In this document: positions 52,850 through 64,000 of the stretch, one piece after another
Numbering within the stretch: the stretch's first letter is position 1
Layout of the letters: the number at the start of each line of letters is the position of its first letter
Source: an uncultured Pelagibacteraceae bacterium
GTDB taxonomy: Bacteria; Pseudomonadota; Alphaproteobacteria; Pelagibacterales; AG-422-B15
Reading direction: 5' to 3'
DNA: 64,000 nucleotides
Assembly: GCA_902544525.1 (NCBI GenBank)
Contig: CACCCN010000001.1
Coordinates: 160,034 to 224,033 of the forward strand
Made by a program: the position numbers and the translations under genes
The notes under the pieces: generated by a model
The model's input: the letters and a program-made list of their open reading frames with translations, nothing else
The model's database searches: none
What the model was told of the DNA's origin: nothing

Positions 52850-53350
52850 ATGATACAAAAACCAAATTATACCAAGGAGGAATTACTCGATTGTGGGCAT
52901 GGCAATATGTTTGGAATAGGCAATGCAAGACTGCCCCTTCCACCAATGCTCATGTTTGACAGAATCACAAAAATTAATTCTGATGGTGGTGAATTTGGAA
53001 AGGGTGAAATCATTGCTGAATTTGATATCGATCCGTCACTATGGTTTTTTGAATGTCATTTTGAAAAAGATCCTGTTATGCCTGGTTGTTTAGGCCTTGA
53101 TGCAATGTGGCAGCTTGTTGGATTTTACCTTGGCTGGATTGGTGAACCAGGAAGGGGTAGAGCCTTAGGAGCTGCGTCTGTGAAGTTTGCTGGAGAAATT
53201 TTACAAGATACTAAAAAAGTTGAGTATATTATAAGTATGAAAAAAGTAATTAAGCGTGGTGTTGTTGTGGGTGTTGGTAATGGAATAGTTAAGGCTGATG
53301 AAAAAACTATTTATCATGCTGAAGGACTAAAAGTTGGTTTAATAAAATAA
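52850..53350 (+). CDS. fabA: 3-hydroxydecanoyl-ACP dehydratase/isomerase
   Basis: LPLPPMLMFDRI, WFFECHF, PVMPGCLGLDAMWQLVGF. Confidence 0.96.
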   Translation: MIQKPNYTKEELLDCGHGNMFGIGNARLPLPPMLMFDRITKINSDGGEFGKGEIIAEFDIDPSLWFFECHFEKDPVMPGCLGLDAMWQLVGFYLGWIGEPGRGRALGAASVKFAGEILQDTKKVEYIISMKKVIKRGVVVGVGNGIVKADEKTIYHAEGLKVGLIK

Positions 53351-54562
53351 ATGAGGAGAGTGGTTGTAACAGGAATAGGCATTGTGTCACCTATCGGTAA
53401 TAATACTGCAGAAGTAACAGAATCTTTAAAAGAAGCAAAATCAGGAATTAATTTTGATCAATCTCATAAAGAAATGGGCTTTAGAAGTCATGTAAGTGGC
53501 CAAATTAAAATTAATTTACAGGACTTAATTGATCGAAAGTTTTTAAGATTTATGGGTGATGGTGCCAGTTATAATTACTTAGCAATGCTAGAGGCTCTTA
53601 AAGATTCAGGCCTAGAAGAGAATGAAATCTCAAATCCTATGACGGGTTTAATAATGGGTTCAGGTGGTCCATCCACTAAAAATTTATTACGAGCCTTTGA
53701 TATTACTAGGGACTCTGGTCCAAAGAAAATTGGTCCAACTAGCGTGCCAAAAGTTATGTGCAGCACGAATTCTGCTACCTTATCTACTTTTTTTAAAATA
53801 AGAGGTATGAACTATTCTATTACCTCCGCTTGCTCAACTAGTGCTCATTGTATAGGTCATGGTGCTGAGCTAATACAAATGGGTAAGCAAGATATTGTAT
53901 TTACTGGTGGCGGTGAAGAGTTAGATTGGTCACTTTCAGCACTCTTTGATGCTATGACTGCCTTGTCATCTAAATACAATGATTCACCTGAAAGTGCATC
54001 TAGAGCATTTGATGAGTCTAGAGATGGTTTTGTCATCGCTGGTGGTGGTGGCGTTTTAATATTAGAAGAATTAGAGCACGCAAAAGCAAGAGGTGCCACT
54101 ATCTATGCTGAGCTTGTTGGGTATGGTGCAACTTCTGACGGTCATGATATGGTACAACCATCTGGTGAAGGTGCTCAACGTTGTATGGAAATGGCTATGA
54201 AAACAACTAATGATAAAATTGAATATATTAATGCTCATGGTACTTCTACTCCAGTAGGGGATACGGCAGAACTTAGCGCTGTAAAGAATGTGTTTGGTGA
54301 TAGTTTACCATTTATTAGCTCTACTAAATCTTTAACTGGACATTCTCTTGGAGCTGCTGGGGTTCACGAAGCCATTTATACATTGCTTATGATGAAAAAT
54401 AATTTTATGTGCAAATCCGCACACATTACAAAACTTGATGCTGCTGCAAAAGATATGAATGTTTTAATTGAAAAAAAAGAAGGCTCATTTGATTTAGCTA
54501 TGAGTAATAGTTTTGGCTTTGGTGGCACTAATGCTTCTTTAGTTTTTAAAAGGTATAATTAA
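53351..54562 (+). CDS. fabB: Beta-ketoacyl-ACP synthase I
   Basis: [42 protein letters not shown]. Confidence 0.95.
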   Translation: MRRVVVTGIGIVSPIGNNTAEVTESLKEAKSGINFDQSHKEMGFRSHVSGQIKINLQDLIDRKFLRFMGDGASYNYLAMLEALKDSGLEENEISNPMTGLIMGSGGPSTKNLLRAFDITRDSGPKKIGPTSVPKVMCSTNSATLSTFFKIRGMNYSITSACSTSAHCIGHGAELIQMGKQDIVFTGGGEELDWSLSALFDAMTALSSKYNDSPESASRAFDESRDGFVIAGGGGVLILEELEHAKARGATIYAELVGYGATSDGHDMVQPSGEGAQRCMEMAMKTTNDKIEYINAHGTSTPVGDTAELSAVKNVFGDSLPFISSTKSLTGHSLGAAGVHEAIYTLLMMKNNFMCKSAHITKLDAAAKDMNVLIEKKEGSFDLAMSNSFGFGGTNASLVFKRYN

Positions 54563-54564
54563 AT

Positions 54565-55341
54565 ATGTATTTGAAAGGAAAAAAAGGAGTAATAATGGGC
54601 CTTGCAAATGATCATTCAATTGCCTGGGGGATAGCAAAAAAATTATCTGAAGAGGGTGCAGAGCTTAGCTTTATGTACGCTGGCGAGTCTTTGCTTCGCC
54701 GTGTTAAACCATTGGCTGAATCCGTAAACTCAAATTTCTTAATTGAATGTAATGTATTAGATTCTGGATCGATTGAGACCGCGTTTGATCAAGTTAAAAG
54801 CAAATGGGATTCCATAGATTTTGTGCTTCACTCAATTGCTTTTTCAGATAAAAATGAATTAAAAGGAAAATATTTAGACACATCCAGAGACAATTTTACA
54901 GATACAATGCTTATATCCTGCTTTTCTTTTACTGAAACTGCAAAAGCAGCAAGTAAATTAATGTCAAATGGTGGGGCAATTGTCACTTTAAGTTATGATG
55001 GCTCTCAAAGAGTTGTCCCAAACTATAATGTTATGGGAGTAGCTAAAGCCGCACTTGAATCCAGTGTTCGATATCTTGCGGCTGACCTTGGTGGACAAAA
55101 TATAAGAGTAAATTCACTTTCAGCAGGACCAATGAAAACGTTAGCAATGGCCGGTATTTCTGGTGGTAAAGGAATGTTAAAATGGTCTGATAAGAACTCT
55201 CTAATGCAAAGAAATATTAACTTAGAGGATGTAGGTAAATCTGGTCTATATCTTTTAAGCGATCTGTCATCTGGTGTTACTGGAGAAAATCACTATGTTG
55301 ATTGTGGCTACAATAAAGTAGGAGTTCCAAGAGAAATTTAA
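54565..55341 (+). CDS. fabI: Enoyl-ACP reductase
   Basis: GLANDHSIAWGIA, HSIAFS, PNYNVMGVAKAALE. Confidence 0.95.
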   Translation: MYLKGKKGVIMGLANDHSIAWGIAKKLSEEGAELSFMYAGESLLRRVKPLAESVNSNFLIECNVLDSGSIETAFDQVKSKWDSIDFVLHSIAFSDKNELKGKYLDTSRDNFTDTMLISCFSFTETAKAASKLMSNGGAIVTLSYDGSQRVVPNYNVMGVAKAALESSVRYLAADLGGQNIRVNSLSAGPMKTLAMAGISGGKGMLKWSDKNSLMQRNINLEDVGKSGLYLLSDLSSGVTGENHYVDCGYNKVGVPREI

Positions 55342-56789
55342 TTTTTTTCAGTAAGCAATGAATACTGTTTGCTCACTGTTCCCTGATCATGATCTAATAG
55401 TGGGGTTGGATAATCTCCTGTAAAACAATGATCTGTAAATTGAGGTTTGTTATTATCTCTTTTATCATGTCCCATTGCTTTATAGGTTCCATCTAAGGAT
55501 AGGAAAAATAACGAAGTTGCTCCAATTGACTCCTTCATCTCTTTGATAGTATTTTTTGATGCTATAAGTTCATCATAATCGGGAGTATCTATTCCATAAA
55601 AATCAGGATGAGTTATAGGTGGACATGAAATTCCAAAATGTACTTCGGCGGCGCCAGCATCATAAATCATCTTAACAATTTTTCTAGCAGTAGTTCCTCT
55701 TACGATAGAGTCATCTATTAAAACCACTTTTTTATTTTCAATATATGACCTATTAGCGCTGTGTTTTAACTTAACTCCAAACTGTCTAATGTTTTGAGTT
55801 GGCTCAATAAAGGTTCTCCCTACATAATGATTTCTGATTATACCTAACTCAAAAGGAATATTTGATTTTTGGGCAAATCCTAATGCCGCTGGCACTCCAG
55901 AATCAGGAACTGGTATCACAACATCAGCATGAACTTTATTTTCTATTGCGAGTTGTTCTCCCAAGTTTTTTCTGTAAACGTAAACTGTTTTTCCATCAAT
56001 CATACTATCTGGTCTTGCAAAGTAGATTCTCTCAAAAATACATGGACGCTCTTCCACGACAGGAAAAGGCTTAATGCTCTCGATTCCTGATTCAGATATC
56101 ACAACAATTTCACCATTTTCAACATCACGTACATACTTAGCACCTATAATATCTAAAGCACAAGTTTCAGATGCTAAAACTGGTGCACCATTTAAATCTC
56201 CAAGCACTAGTGGACGAATACCATGAGGATCTCTTACTCCAATCAGTTTTTTATTAGTTAGTATTACTAATGAATATGCGCCCTGCACTTGAAACAAAGC
56301 GTCTATTACCTTGTCAACCATTGGGCCTCTTTTTGAACGCGCAACTAACTGTAAAATAGTTTCTGTATCAGATGTCGTTTGAAATATAGAACCGTCAGCA
56401 ACTAGTTTTTGTCTTAACATAGAGGCGTTAGTCAAATTACCATTATGAGCACATGCAAAACCGCCGACTGATAAATCTGCAAATAGTGGCTGTATATTTT
56501 TTAAAATAGAGTCACCAGTTGTGGAGTATCTTACATGTCCGATAGCATTTCTTCCTGGGAGTCGTGAGATTATTTCAGGCTTATTAAAGTTATCTCCTAC
56601 TAAACCTGGTCTTCTAACTCCATTGAATTTATTGCCATCAAAGGTAACAATTCCTGCACCTTCCTGACCACGATGTTGTAGAGCATGTAAACCTAAGGTC
56701 GTCAAAGTAGAAGCATCAGGGCTTCCAAAAATTCCAAAGACACCACATTCTTCGTGCAGCTTGTCATCTTTAAAATTTTTATGATTCAT
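55338..56789 (-). CDS. purF: Amidophosphoribosyltransferase
   Basis: EECGVFG, LQHRGQE, GHVRYST, PVPDSG, IDDSIVRGTT. Confidence 0.97.
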   Translation of the reverse strand: MNHKNFKDDKLHEECGVFGIFGSPDASTLTTLGLHALQHRGQEGAGIVTFDGNKFNGVRRPGLVGDNFNKPEIISRLPGRNAIGHVRYSTTGDSILKNIQPLFADLSVGGFACAHNGNLTNASMLRQKLVADGSIFQTTSDTETILQLVARSKRGPMVDKVIDALFQVQGAYSLVILTNKKLIGVRDPHGIRPLVLGDLNGAPVLASETCALDIIGAKYVRDVENGEIVVISESGIESIKPFPVVEERPCIFERIYFARPDSMIDGKTVYVYRKNLGEQLAIENKVHADVVIPVPDSGVPAALGFAQKSNIPFELGIIRNHYVGRTFIEPTQNIRQFGVKLKHSANRSYIENKKVVLIDDSIVRGTTARKIVKMIYDAGAAEVHFGISCPPITHPDFYGIDTPDYDELIASKNTIKEMKESIGATSLFFLSLDGTYKAMGHDKRDNNKPQFTDHCFTGDYPTPLLDHDQGTVSKQYSLLTEKN

Positions 56790-56803
56790 GTCTAATAAAT
56801 TTT

Positions 56804-58873
56804 TTAAGCGTCAATATCCTTCATTGATAATTTAACTTTACCTTTATCAAATCCTATAACCTTAACTTTGACTGTATCACCTTCATTAACTACGTCAGTA
56901 ACTTTTTCAACTCTTTCTTCAGCTAATTGAGATATATGCACCAAACCATCTTTTTTACCCATAAAGTTAACAAAAGCACCGAATTCCATAATCTTCACAA
57001 CCTTACCTTCAAATATATCTCCAACTTCTGGCTCCTGAATAATGCCATTAATCATATCGATTGCCGATTGGATCATTTCCTTGTTGGTTCCAGAGATTTT
57101 AACAGTACCGTTGTCACTTATATCAACTTTAGCTCCAGACTCGGCAATTATGTCCTTAATTACCGCTCCTCCTTTACCAATTACAGCACCAATATTATCT
57201 CTTTGAATCTTAATCATTTCGCTTCTAGGAGTATAAGGTCCTAGCTCGGTTCTAGGAGCATCAATGGTCTTATTCATTTCAGACAATATATGCATTCTAC
57301 CAGCGTGTGCTTGGTTTAAAGCTTTTTCCATAATTTCAGTTGTTATTCCTGTAATTTTTATATCCATCTGTAATGAGGTAATGCCGTCTTTTGTGCCAGC
57401 TACTTTAAAATCCATGTCTCCTAAATGATCTTCATCACCCAATATATCTGAAAGTACTGCAAAATCATCACCCTCTTTTATAAGCCCCATAGCAATTCCA
57501 GATACAGCATTCTTAATTGGAACACCTGCATCCATTAATGCTAAAGAAGATCCGCAGACGGTTGCCATAGAGGACGATCCATTAGATTCGGTGATTTCAG
57601 AGACTAATCTGATAGTGTAATCGAATTCCTCAGAGTCAGGAAGTACTGCTTTAATTGCACGCCATGCAAGTTTACCATGACCCACTTCCCTTCTGCTGGT
57701 AAATCCTGTTCTACCAACCTCTCCAACCGAATAAGGTGGAAAATTATAATGTAACATAAACTTCTCTTTGTAAGATCCTTGCAAAGCTTCTATTCGCTGC
57801 TCGTCATCTCCAAAACCAAGTGTTGCGACTACTATTGCTTGTGTCTCACCTCTTGTAAATAGCGCTGAACCATGAGTCCTTGGAAGCCAAGATACTTCGT
57901 TGTTGATATTTCTTATTTCATCAAGTTTTCTTCCATCAATTCTAGATTTATTATTGATGATTTGACCTCTAACAATATCTTTCTCAATTTTCTTAAAGTA
58001 TGACATTAGTTCGTTTGAATTAATATCTTCATTACTTTCATGTGCTGCTAAAAGTTTATCTTTAGACTCAGTCAGAGCAGCGTGTCTTTCCATTTTATCA
58101 GTTAAAACATAAGCTTTTGCTATATCTTCTGAACACTCTGATTTAACAATTTCCTTTAATTCGTTATTTTCTATATATTCAAATTCCCAAGGTTCTTTTG
58201 CACACTCTTCTGCAAGATCGATAATCATTTCAATTACTGGCTTCATTGCTTCATGACCAAAGGTCACAGCACCAAGCATAACTTCTTCTGAAAGTTGATT
58301 GGCTTCAGATTCAACCATAAGAACAGCTGAATTGGTTCCTGCAACTACTAGATCTAAATCTGATTCCTCATTCATTTTTGGATTAAGCAAATATTCACCA
58401 TCTTTATAGCCAACTCTACATCCTGAGATTGGACCCATAAAAGGTATACCTGATATAGTTAATGCACTAGAAGCTGCTACCATTGCAACTATGTCTGCAT
58501 TAGTTTCAGTATCATGTGAAAGTACAGTTAATATAACTTGTGTTTCATTTTTAAAACCTTCAGGGAATAATGGTCGAATTGGTCTATCAATTAACCTTGA
58601 TACCAATGTTTCAGCTTCTGTTGGCCTTGCTTCTCTTTTAAAAAACCCTCCTGGTATTTTTCCTGCTGCATAATATTTTTCTTGATAATTTACAGTAAGT
58701 GGGAAAAAATCAATATCTGGCTTTGCCTGCTTAGCCGCTGTAACATTACACATAACGACTGTGTCTCCACATCTTACAATTGTTGAAGCAGTTGCTTGTT
58801 TAGCAACTTTGCCTGTTTCAATTACTAATTTATCTTTTCCCCACTGGATTTCTCTTGAGATTAACTCACTCAT
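56804..58873 (-). CDS. pnp: Polyribonucleotide nucleotidyltransferase
   Basis: [40 protein letters not shown] and S1 domains. Confidence 0.97.
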   Translation of the reverse strand: MSELISREIQWGKDKLVIETGKVAKQATASTIVRCGDTVVMCNVTAAKQAKPDIDFFPLTVNYQEKYYAAGKIPGGFFKREARPTEAETLVSRLIDRPIRPLFPEGFKNETQVILTVLSHDTETNADIVAMVAASSALTISGIPFMGPISGCRVGYKDGEYLLNPKMNEESDLDLVVAGTNSAVLMVESEANQLSEEVMLGAVTFGHEAMKPVIEMIIDLAEECAKEPWEFEYIENNELKEIVKSECSEDIAKAYVLTDKMERHAALTESKDKLLAAHESNEDINSNELMSYFKKIEKDIVRGQIINNKSRIDGRKLDEIRNINNEVSWLPRTHGSALFTRGETQAIVVATLGFGDDEQRIEALQGSYKEKFMLHYNFPPYSVGEVGRTGFTSRREVGHGKLAWRAIKAVLPDSEEFDYTIRLVSEITESNGSSSMATVCGSSLALMDAGVPIKNAVSGIAMGLIKEGDDFAVLSDILGDEDHLGDMDFKVAGTKDGITSLQMDIKITGITTEIMEKALNQAHAGRMHILSEMNKTIDAPRTELGPYTPRSEMIKIQRDNIGAVIGKGGAVIKDIIAESGAKVDISDNGTVKISGTNKEMIQSAIDMINGIIQEPEVGDIFEGKVVKIMEFGAFVNFMGKKDGLVHISQLAEERVEKVTDVVNEGDTVKVKVIGFDKGKVKLSMKDIDA

Positions 58874-58903
58874 TTTTTATTCCTCTATCAATTAAATTTA
58901 TTA

Positions 58904-59173
58904 TTATTTTCTTAAACCAAGCTTATCAATCAAAGCATCATACGAAGATGTATTGGTTTTTTTAAGATAAGTAAGAAGGGTTTTTCTTTGATTAATTAAT
59001 CTCATTAAACCTGTTCTTGAATGATTATCTTTTTTGTGTGTTTGAAAATGACCAGTCAAATTGGAAATTCTCTCTGTTAATATAGCTATTTGCACCTCTG
59101 GTGATCCTGTATCTGATGCACCTCTCGAGAAATTATTTATAATCTCTGATTTCTTTTCTTTATTAATCGACAT
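58904..59173 (-). CDS. rpsO: 30S ribosomal protein S15
   Basis: [26 protein letters not shown]. Confidence 0.97.
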   Translation of the reverse strand: MSINKEKKSEIINNFSRGASDTGSPEVQIAILTERISNLTGHFQTHKKDNHSRTGLMRLINQRKTLLTYLKKTNTSSYDALIDKLGLRK

Positions 59174-59191
59174 CTCAATTCCTTTTTTTTA

Positions 59192-60076
59192 TTATATATT
59201 AAACATCCTAATTGGTACCAATGTACCTTCTTCAACTTTACCAATACCAACCGCTTCTTTGTCTAACACTAGCAATTTATTTATTTTACTAGATGACTCA
59301 AAAATATTTAGCATCTGACCATTTCTAAATTTTTTAGTATCTTCCTTATTGAGATATACTGCCGGGATGTCGTCCAGTACACTTTCAATAGGTTGTACCA
59401 TTTCAAAATGATTGCCAATATGTACTAATTCGATCAAATTATCTAGAGAAATAATATTTTTCTCACTTATTTTTGATATTCTAGTTCTCCTCAAAAATGA
59501 GATATAGCCTAAAGAATTTAATTTAATTGCGATATCTCTTCCCATGGACCTTATATAGGTACCAGATGAACATATAGTTTTAAATTTATGAGTATGTTCG
59601 TTAAGTTGCTTTATGTGAACTAAATCATGAATGACAACCTTTCTTTTTTTGATCTCAAAATTGAAACCCTTTCTCGCCAAGTTATATGAGCGAATACCAT
59701 TCATTTTTATCGCAGAGTGTTTTGGAGGATCCTGCTCAATAACACCCAAAAAGTTTTTAAGGGTCGCAATTATCTCTTTTTTATTAGGTATTGATCTAGT
59801 TGAGTCTAGTGTTTCTCCTTCAAGATCTTCTGTCGTTTTAGACTCTCCAAAAGTAATATTAAACTCATACTCTTTTTTATTATTTAAATAGTCAATAGAT
59901 TTTGTTGCTTCCCCAATTGCTATTCCTAATACACCACTTGCTAGAGGGTCTAAAGTACCTGAGTGACCAATTTTTTTAATATCTAAAAAATTTCTTATTT
60001 TTTTTATAATATAGAAAGATGATACACCTATTGGTTTATCAATGAATAACCAACCATTGATATTGTTTTTTTTCAT
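59192..60076 (-). CDS. truB: tRNA pseudouridine(55) synthase
   Basis: IDKPIG, GHSGTLDPLASG, GTYIRS. Confidence 0.95.
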   Translation of the reverse strand: MKKNNINGWLFIDKPIGVSSFYIIKKIRNFLDIKKIGHSGTLDPLASGVLGIAIGEATKSIDYLNNKKEYEFNITFGESKTTEDLEGETLDSTRSIPNKKEIIATLKNFLGVIEQDPPKHSAIKMNGIRSYNLARKGFNFEIKKRKVVIHDLVHIKQLNEHTHKFKTICSSGTYIRSMGRDIAIKLNSLGYISFLRRTRISKISEKNIISLDNLIELVHIGNHFEMVQPIESVLDDIPAVYLNKEDTKKFRNGQMLNIFESSSKINKLLVLDKEAVGIGKVEEGTLVPIRMFNI

Positions 60077-60085
60077 TTATCTGTT

Positions 60086-60466
60086 TTATAAATCTTGCTG
60101 AACTTTTGCACTATTTAAAATTTGAGAAATTTTCTCGTAATTTTCAGAAGTTGCGTCGATTCTAAAAATCAATTTAGGTAAAAACTTCATACTTATAATT
60201 TTACTCATTTCTTTAGTGATATAATAAGTAGATTCCTTTAGTCTGTTGAGAACGACCTGGTCATCCAACTCATCATGACTACTTACATAAACATAAGCAG
60301 TTCTTATATCTTCGCTCATTTTTACTTCAATTACAGTAAGTGGAAAATTAAAGCTTGGATCTACAGGTAACTGATTCTTAAGAAGTATTTCACTTATAGA
60401 TTTTTTTATGTTCTCAGTAACTTTAAAATGGCGATTTGACTGATTAAATTTCTTTTTTAAAATCAC
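60086..60466 (-). CDS. rbfA: Ribosome-binding factor A
   Basis: Lies between infB and truB; TVIEVKMSEDIRTAYVY, PKLIFRID. Confidence 0.88.
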   Translation of the reverse strand: MILKKKFNQSNRHFKVTENIKKSISEILLKNQLPVDPSFNFPLTVIEVKMSEDIRTAYVYVSSHDELDDQVVLNRLKESTYYITKEMSKIISMKFLPKLIFRIDATSENYEKISQILNSAKVQQDL

Positions 60467-62862
60467 AAACTTTGCGATATTTCTTCAACATTGAATACTT
60501 CTATTATATCGCCCTCTTTATATTCATTAAATTCTTTTAGTCCTATGCCACATTCAGTTCCTGCATTTACCTCTTTTGCCTCATTTTTTTCACGCATTAA
60601 TGTAATTATTGAGCCTTCGTAAATGGAGCTACCGTCTCTTTTAATTCTTGCATTAGCACCTTTTTCTACTACCCCATCAGAGACAGTGCAGCCAGCAACA
60701 GCACCGATTTTTGATACTTTGAATACTTTTAGTATCTCTGCCTTGCCTAAATAGTTTTCTTTAATTTCAGGTTTAAGTTGTCCAGTAGCATAATCAGTTA
60801 CGTAAGTAATGAGTTCGTATATAATTGAAAAGTTTTCAATTTTTGTTTTACTTGTCTTTGCTTTAATTTTTGCTTCCTTGGTAGCAGATGTATTAAATGA
60901 TACTAATAATGCATTCGAAGCTGCTGCAAGCGCTACATCACTTTCATTTATAAGCCCAACACCAGAGTGGATAATGCTTATATTAACTTTTTCTGATACT
61001 ATCTTATTTATCTGACCAATTATTGCTTCTGTTGATCCACGGGTATCAGACTTAAGAACAATCTCGACAAGTTCTTTATTTTGATTTTCAAAATTGAAAG
61101 CCATTTCATTGTCAAACGACTTTATACTTTTTGGTTGCGATTTTGTCTTAAATCTTTGTTTTCTAATTTCTATTAGTTCTATAGCTTTCTTTTCACTATC
61201 AACAATAACAAAACTATCACCCGCAAGTGGTGCACTTCCAAGCCCTAGCATCTGTATTGGTGTTGAGGGCAAAGCCTCTTTTAAATTTTTTCCTTGATCA
61301 TCAATTATTGCTCTCACACGCCCATACTCTGATCCTGCAACAGCAATATCACCAACTTTTAGACAGCCATTTGTTATTATTACATTAGAAATTACTCCTC
61401 TACCTTTATCAATATTAGCCTCAATAACACTACCTTCGGCATAAGTCTTATTATTTGCTTTCAAGTCAGCAAGTTCGCTTTGCAAATTAATTGACTCAAG
61501 TAGTTTATCAAAATTCATCCCAGTTTCAGCTGAGATTTCAACACATTGAACGTCTCCAGAAAATTCTTCAATAATAATTTCCTCAGAAAGTAATTGTTCT
61601 TTAATTTTTTTTGGATCTGCCTCTGGTTTATCACACTTATTAATTGCAACAATTATAGGAACATTAGCTGATTTAGCATGTGATATAGCTTCTTGTGTTT
61701 GCGGCATTACGCCATCATCAGCTGCGACTATTAATATTATTATATCAGTAACATTTGCACCTCTTGCACGCATTTCAGTGAATGCGGCATGTCCTGGAGT
61801 ATCAATGAATGTAATTTTTTTACCTTCATGATTAATTTGATAGGCGCCAATATGCTGAGTGATGCCACCGCTTTCACCTGAAACAATATTTGAGTTTCTT
61901 AATTTATCTAATAATGATGTTTTGCCATGATCAACATGTCCCATTATTGTGACAATTGGAGGTCTTTCAGAATCTTTTATCGCTTCATCATTATGTGAAA
62001 TTAAATCTTTTTCTAATTCTTCTACATTTTCTCGTTTGAACTTATGTCCAAACTCTGTAACGATTAGTTCGGCGGTATCAGCATCAAGAGTTTCATTTAT
62101 TGTTGCCATCATTCCCATCTTCATAAGAGATTTGATTACATCACCAGATTTTTCAGCCATTTTAATAGCCAGCTCTTTCACGGTAACGTGCTCAGGAATA
62201 TTTACCTCCCTAATAATTTTTTGCTGTGGCTCGGTATTGAGATTATTTTTTTTTGTTTTCTGCTTTGATCTTTTATAGGCTGCTAGGCTTCTTGTCCGTT
62301 CATCCATGCCTGATAAGGCCGTGACAATAGTGACTTTTCTCTCTCTAAGATTTTTTCTACCAAAATTTCCTGCAGGTTTTTTCTTTTCTACAATGTCTTC
62401 ATTAGTTTCTTTTTCAGGAGTGAATGACTTTGGTCTAGCCTTGGATTTTTCTTCCAACGATTCTTCACCTGTATCAGTAATTTTAACTTCTTCAGCTTTG
62501 ATTTCTTCTATTTGGGAGTTTACTACACCACCTATTTCTTTAAGTAAATCTTCTTTGTCTGCAGCATTTTTTGCTTCTTTTAATTTTTTTTGCTCTTCTT
62601 TTGAAAGTCTCTTTAGAATTTTTCCAGACTTTTTAACTTCTTTTATATTTTCTTCTTTTTTTACTTCTTTGACTGTCTGGTTTAGTTTTATTTCAGGCTT
62701 ATTTTTTTCGATAGGTAGGGTAATATTTTTTCTAGCGCGCTTACGCTCAACTATGACTGTAGACCCTCCATCTAAGCTTTTGGCTGGACTAGATTTTATT
62801 GAAGAACCAAGTTTTAGGCTTAGTGTTTTTTTCTTGGTGGTTTTTTTGTTATCTTCTACCAT
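60463..62862 (-). CDS. infB: Translation initiation factor IF-2
   Basis: MGHVDHGKTSLLD, GGITQHIGAY, DTPGHAAF, AINKCD, GTECGI. Confidence 0.97.
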   Translation of the reverse strand: MVEDNKKTTKKKTLSLKLGSSIKSSPAKSLDGGSTVIVERKRARKNITLPIEKNKPEIKLNQTVKEVKKEENIKEVKKSGKILKRLSKEEQKKLKEAKNAADKEDLLKEIGGVVNSQIEEIKAEEVKITDTGEESLEEKSKARPKSFTPEKETNEDIVEKKKPAGNFGRKNLRERKVTIVTALSGMDERTRSLAAYKRSKQKTKKNNLNTEPQQKIIREVNIPEHVTVKELAIKMAEKSGDVIKSLMKMGMMATINETLDADTAELIVTEFGHKFKRENVEELEKDLISHNDEAIKDSERPPIVTIMGHVDHGKTSLLDKLRNSNIVSGESGGITQHIGAYQINHEGKKITFIDTPGHAAFTEMRARGANVTDIIILIVAADDGVMPQTQEAISHAKSANVPIIVAINKCDKPEADPKKIKEQLLSEEIIIEEFSGDVQCVEISAETGMNFDKLLESINLQSELADLKANNKTYAEGSVIEANIDKGRGVISNVIITNGCLKVGDIAVAGSEYGRVRAIIDDQGKNLKEALPSTPIQMLGLGSAPLAGDSFVIVDSEKKAIELIEIRKQRFKTKSQPKSIKSFDNEMAFNFENQNKELVEIVLKSDTRGSTEAIIGQINKIVSEKVNISIIHSGVGLINESDVALAAASNALLVSFNTSATKEAKIKAKTSKTKIENFSIIYELITYVTDYATGQLKPEIKENYLGKAEILKVFKVSKIGAVAGCTVSDGVVEKGANARIKRDGSSIYEGSIITLMREKNEAKEVNAGTECGIGLKEFNEYKEGDIIEVFNVEEISQSL

Positions 62863-62880
62863 TTTAATTTTTTATAGCTT

Positions 62881-63999
62881 TTAATTAAGCCATATTTTCC
62901 TTGCTTCTAATATTAATTCGTCGACCTCGTCTCTTGTTAAGTTATAACCATCTAAAATTCCACTTACTCTGGAATTTTTATCATGTTTATCTTCATAATA
63001 ACCTAGCAAGTCATCAGTGGTTAATCCTGCAAAATCATCGAGTGTAATGACCTTATTTTTAGCAAGGGTTACTAGCATAGATGAACTTAGTTGCCAAAAT
63101 TCAATCAGTTGATCTTCAACTTTTAGTTCACTTAAAATCTTTTGATTTTCTTGTTCGGTTTTTTCTAAGTATGAGTTTGATCTATTGATAAGTTCATCAG
63201 TAATTTCTTCATCAAAACCCTCAATGCTCAAGAATTCTGATTTATCCGTACCTACAATTTCTTCAATGGATGTGAACCCTTCACTCACTAATAATTGAGC
63301 TAATGTTTCGTCAACATCGATAGCTTCAACAATCATGTTGGTTTTTTCTACAAAATCTGCTTGTCGTTTTGAAGACTCCTCAGCTTCTGTAAGAATATCA
63401 ATTTCAAAACCAGTTAACTCAGATGCCAGTTTAACATTTTGCCCTCTTCTCCCAATTGCTAAGCTTAGATGGGACTCATCGACTACAACCTCTATTTTGT
63501 TTTGCTCTTCATCTAATACGACTTTTAATACTTCAGCTGGAGCTAGAGAAGCAATTGCTAAATTAGGTAAATTTTCTGACCAATTAATTATATCTATTTT
63601 CTCTCCTTGCAGCTCGTTAACAACTGCTTGTACTCTACTTCCCCTCATTCCTACACAGGCTCCTACTGGATCAATTGATCCATCACTAGTTGATACAGCA
63701 ATTTTCGCTCTGCTCCCTGGGTCTCTAGCAACTTTTTTAATTTCTATTATTCCATCATAAATTTCTGGAACCTCTTGAGTAAATAGCATTGCCATAAATT
63801 GAGGATGTGCACGAGATAAAAATATTTGAGGGCCTTTAGTTTCTGATTTTACTTCATAAATGTAAGCTTTGACTCTATCTCCATTTCTTAAACTTTCTCT
63901 AGGGATACCCTGGTCTCTTTTAATAATACCTTCAGCTTTTCCAAGATCTAAAATAATATTTCCAAACTCTGTTCTTTTAACGATACCATTAACTATTTG
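62881..63999 (-). CDS. nusA: Transcription factor NusA, 5'-truncated by the window edge
   Basis: Frame is open to the window end (QIVNGIVKRTEFGN..RVKAYI..QIFLSR); EVPEIYDG, ARDPGSRAKI, AIGRRGQNV. Confidence 0.96.
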   Translation of the reverse strand, partial: QIVNGIVKRTEFGNIILDLGKAEGIIKRDQGIPRESLRNGDRVKAYIYEVKSETKGPQIFLSRAHPQFMAMLFTQEVPEIYDGIIEIKKVARDPGSRAKIAVSTSDGSIDPVGACVGMRGSRVQAVVNELQGEKIDIINWSENLPNLAIASLAPAEVLKVVLDEEQNKIEVVVDESHLSLAIGRRGQNVKLASELTGFEIDILTEAEESSKRQADFVEKTNMIVEAIDVDETLAQLLVSEGFTSIEEIVGTDKSEFLSIEGFDEEITDELINRSNSYLEKTEQENQKILSELKVEDQLIEFWQLSSSMLVTLAKNKVITLDDFAGLTTDDLLGYYEDKHDKNSRVSGILDGYNLTRDEVDELILEARKIWLN

Positions 64000-64000
64000 A

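Noticed and set aside
55338-56789. PurF with an incomplete Fe-S Cys set (PDFYGID, FTDHCF)
   Set aside because: As far as I recall this is the normal alphaproteobacterial form, so it is not unusual.
62306-62884. 192-aa plus-strand ORF
   Set aside because: Antisense shadow of the Lys/Glu-rich IF-2 N-terminus; its Phe/Ser/Leu richness mirrors those codons.

Overview
AT-rich, densely packed chromosomal segment of a streamlined alphaproteobacterium. It looks like a marine SAR11-like or HIMB59-like lineage, but the taxonomy is only inferred from gene content and composition. From about 18 kb onward the window is mostly core housekeeping: ispZ-hspQ-dsbA-murU-amgK-tsaE-ahcY-chvG-chvI / pckA, polA, regAB, gyrB-recF-dnaN-dnaA-rpsT-mutM / ubiE-ubiB-coaBC-dut, irr / fabA-fabB-fabI, and purF-pnp-rpsO-truB-rbfA-infB-nusA (partial). 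The first 18 kb is more accessory: a LexA-boxed umuDC, two tandem amtB genes with a divergent PII gene, an uncharacterised DUF3604 / parvulin-like / HupE-UreJ triad, an SdsA1-type alkyl sulfatase and a TauD-family dioxygenase. A second uncharacterised pair (MMPL/RND transporter with a large insertion, and a divergent diiron ferritin-like protein) lies at 32.4-36.6 kb. The best candidates for undescribed biology are the DUF3604 triad, an anti-Shine-Dalgarno RNA element between the two amtB genes, and the MMPL/diiron pair. I saw no tRNA, rRNA, CRISPR array, transposase or prophage gene. All calls come from reading motifs by eye; no database search was run.
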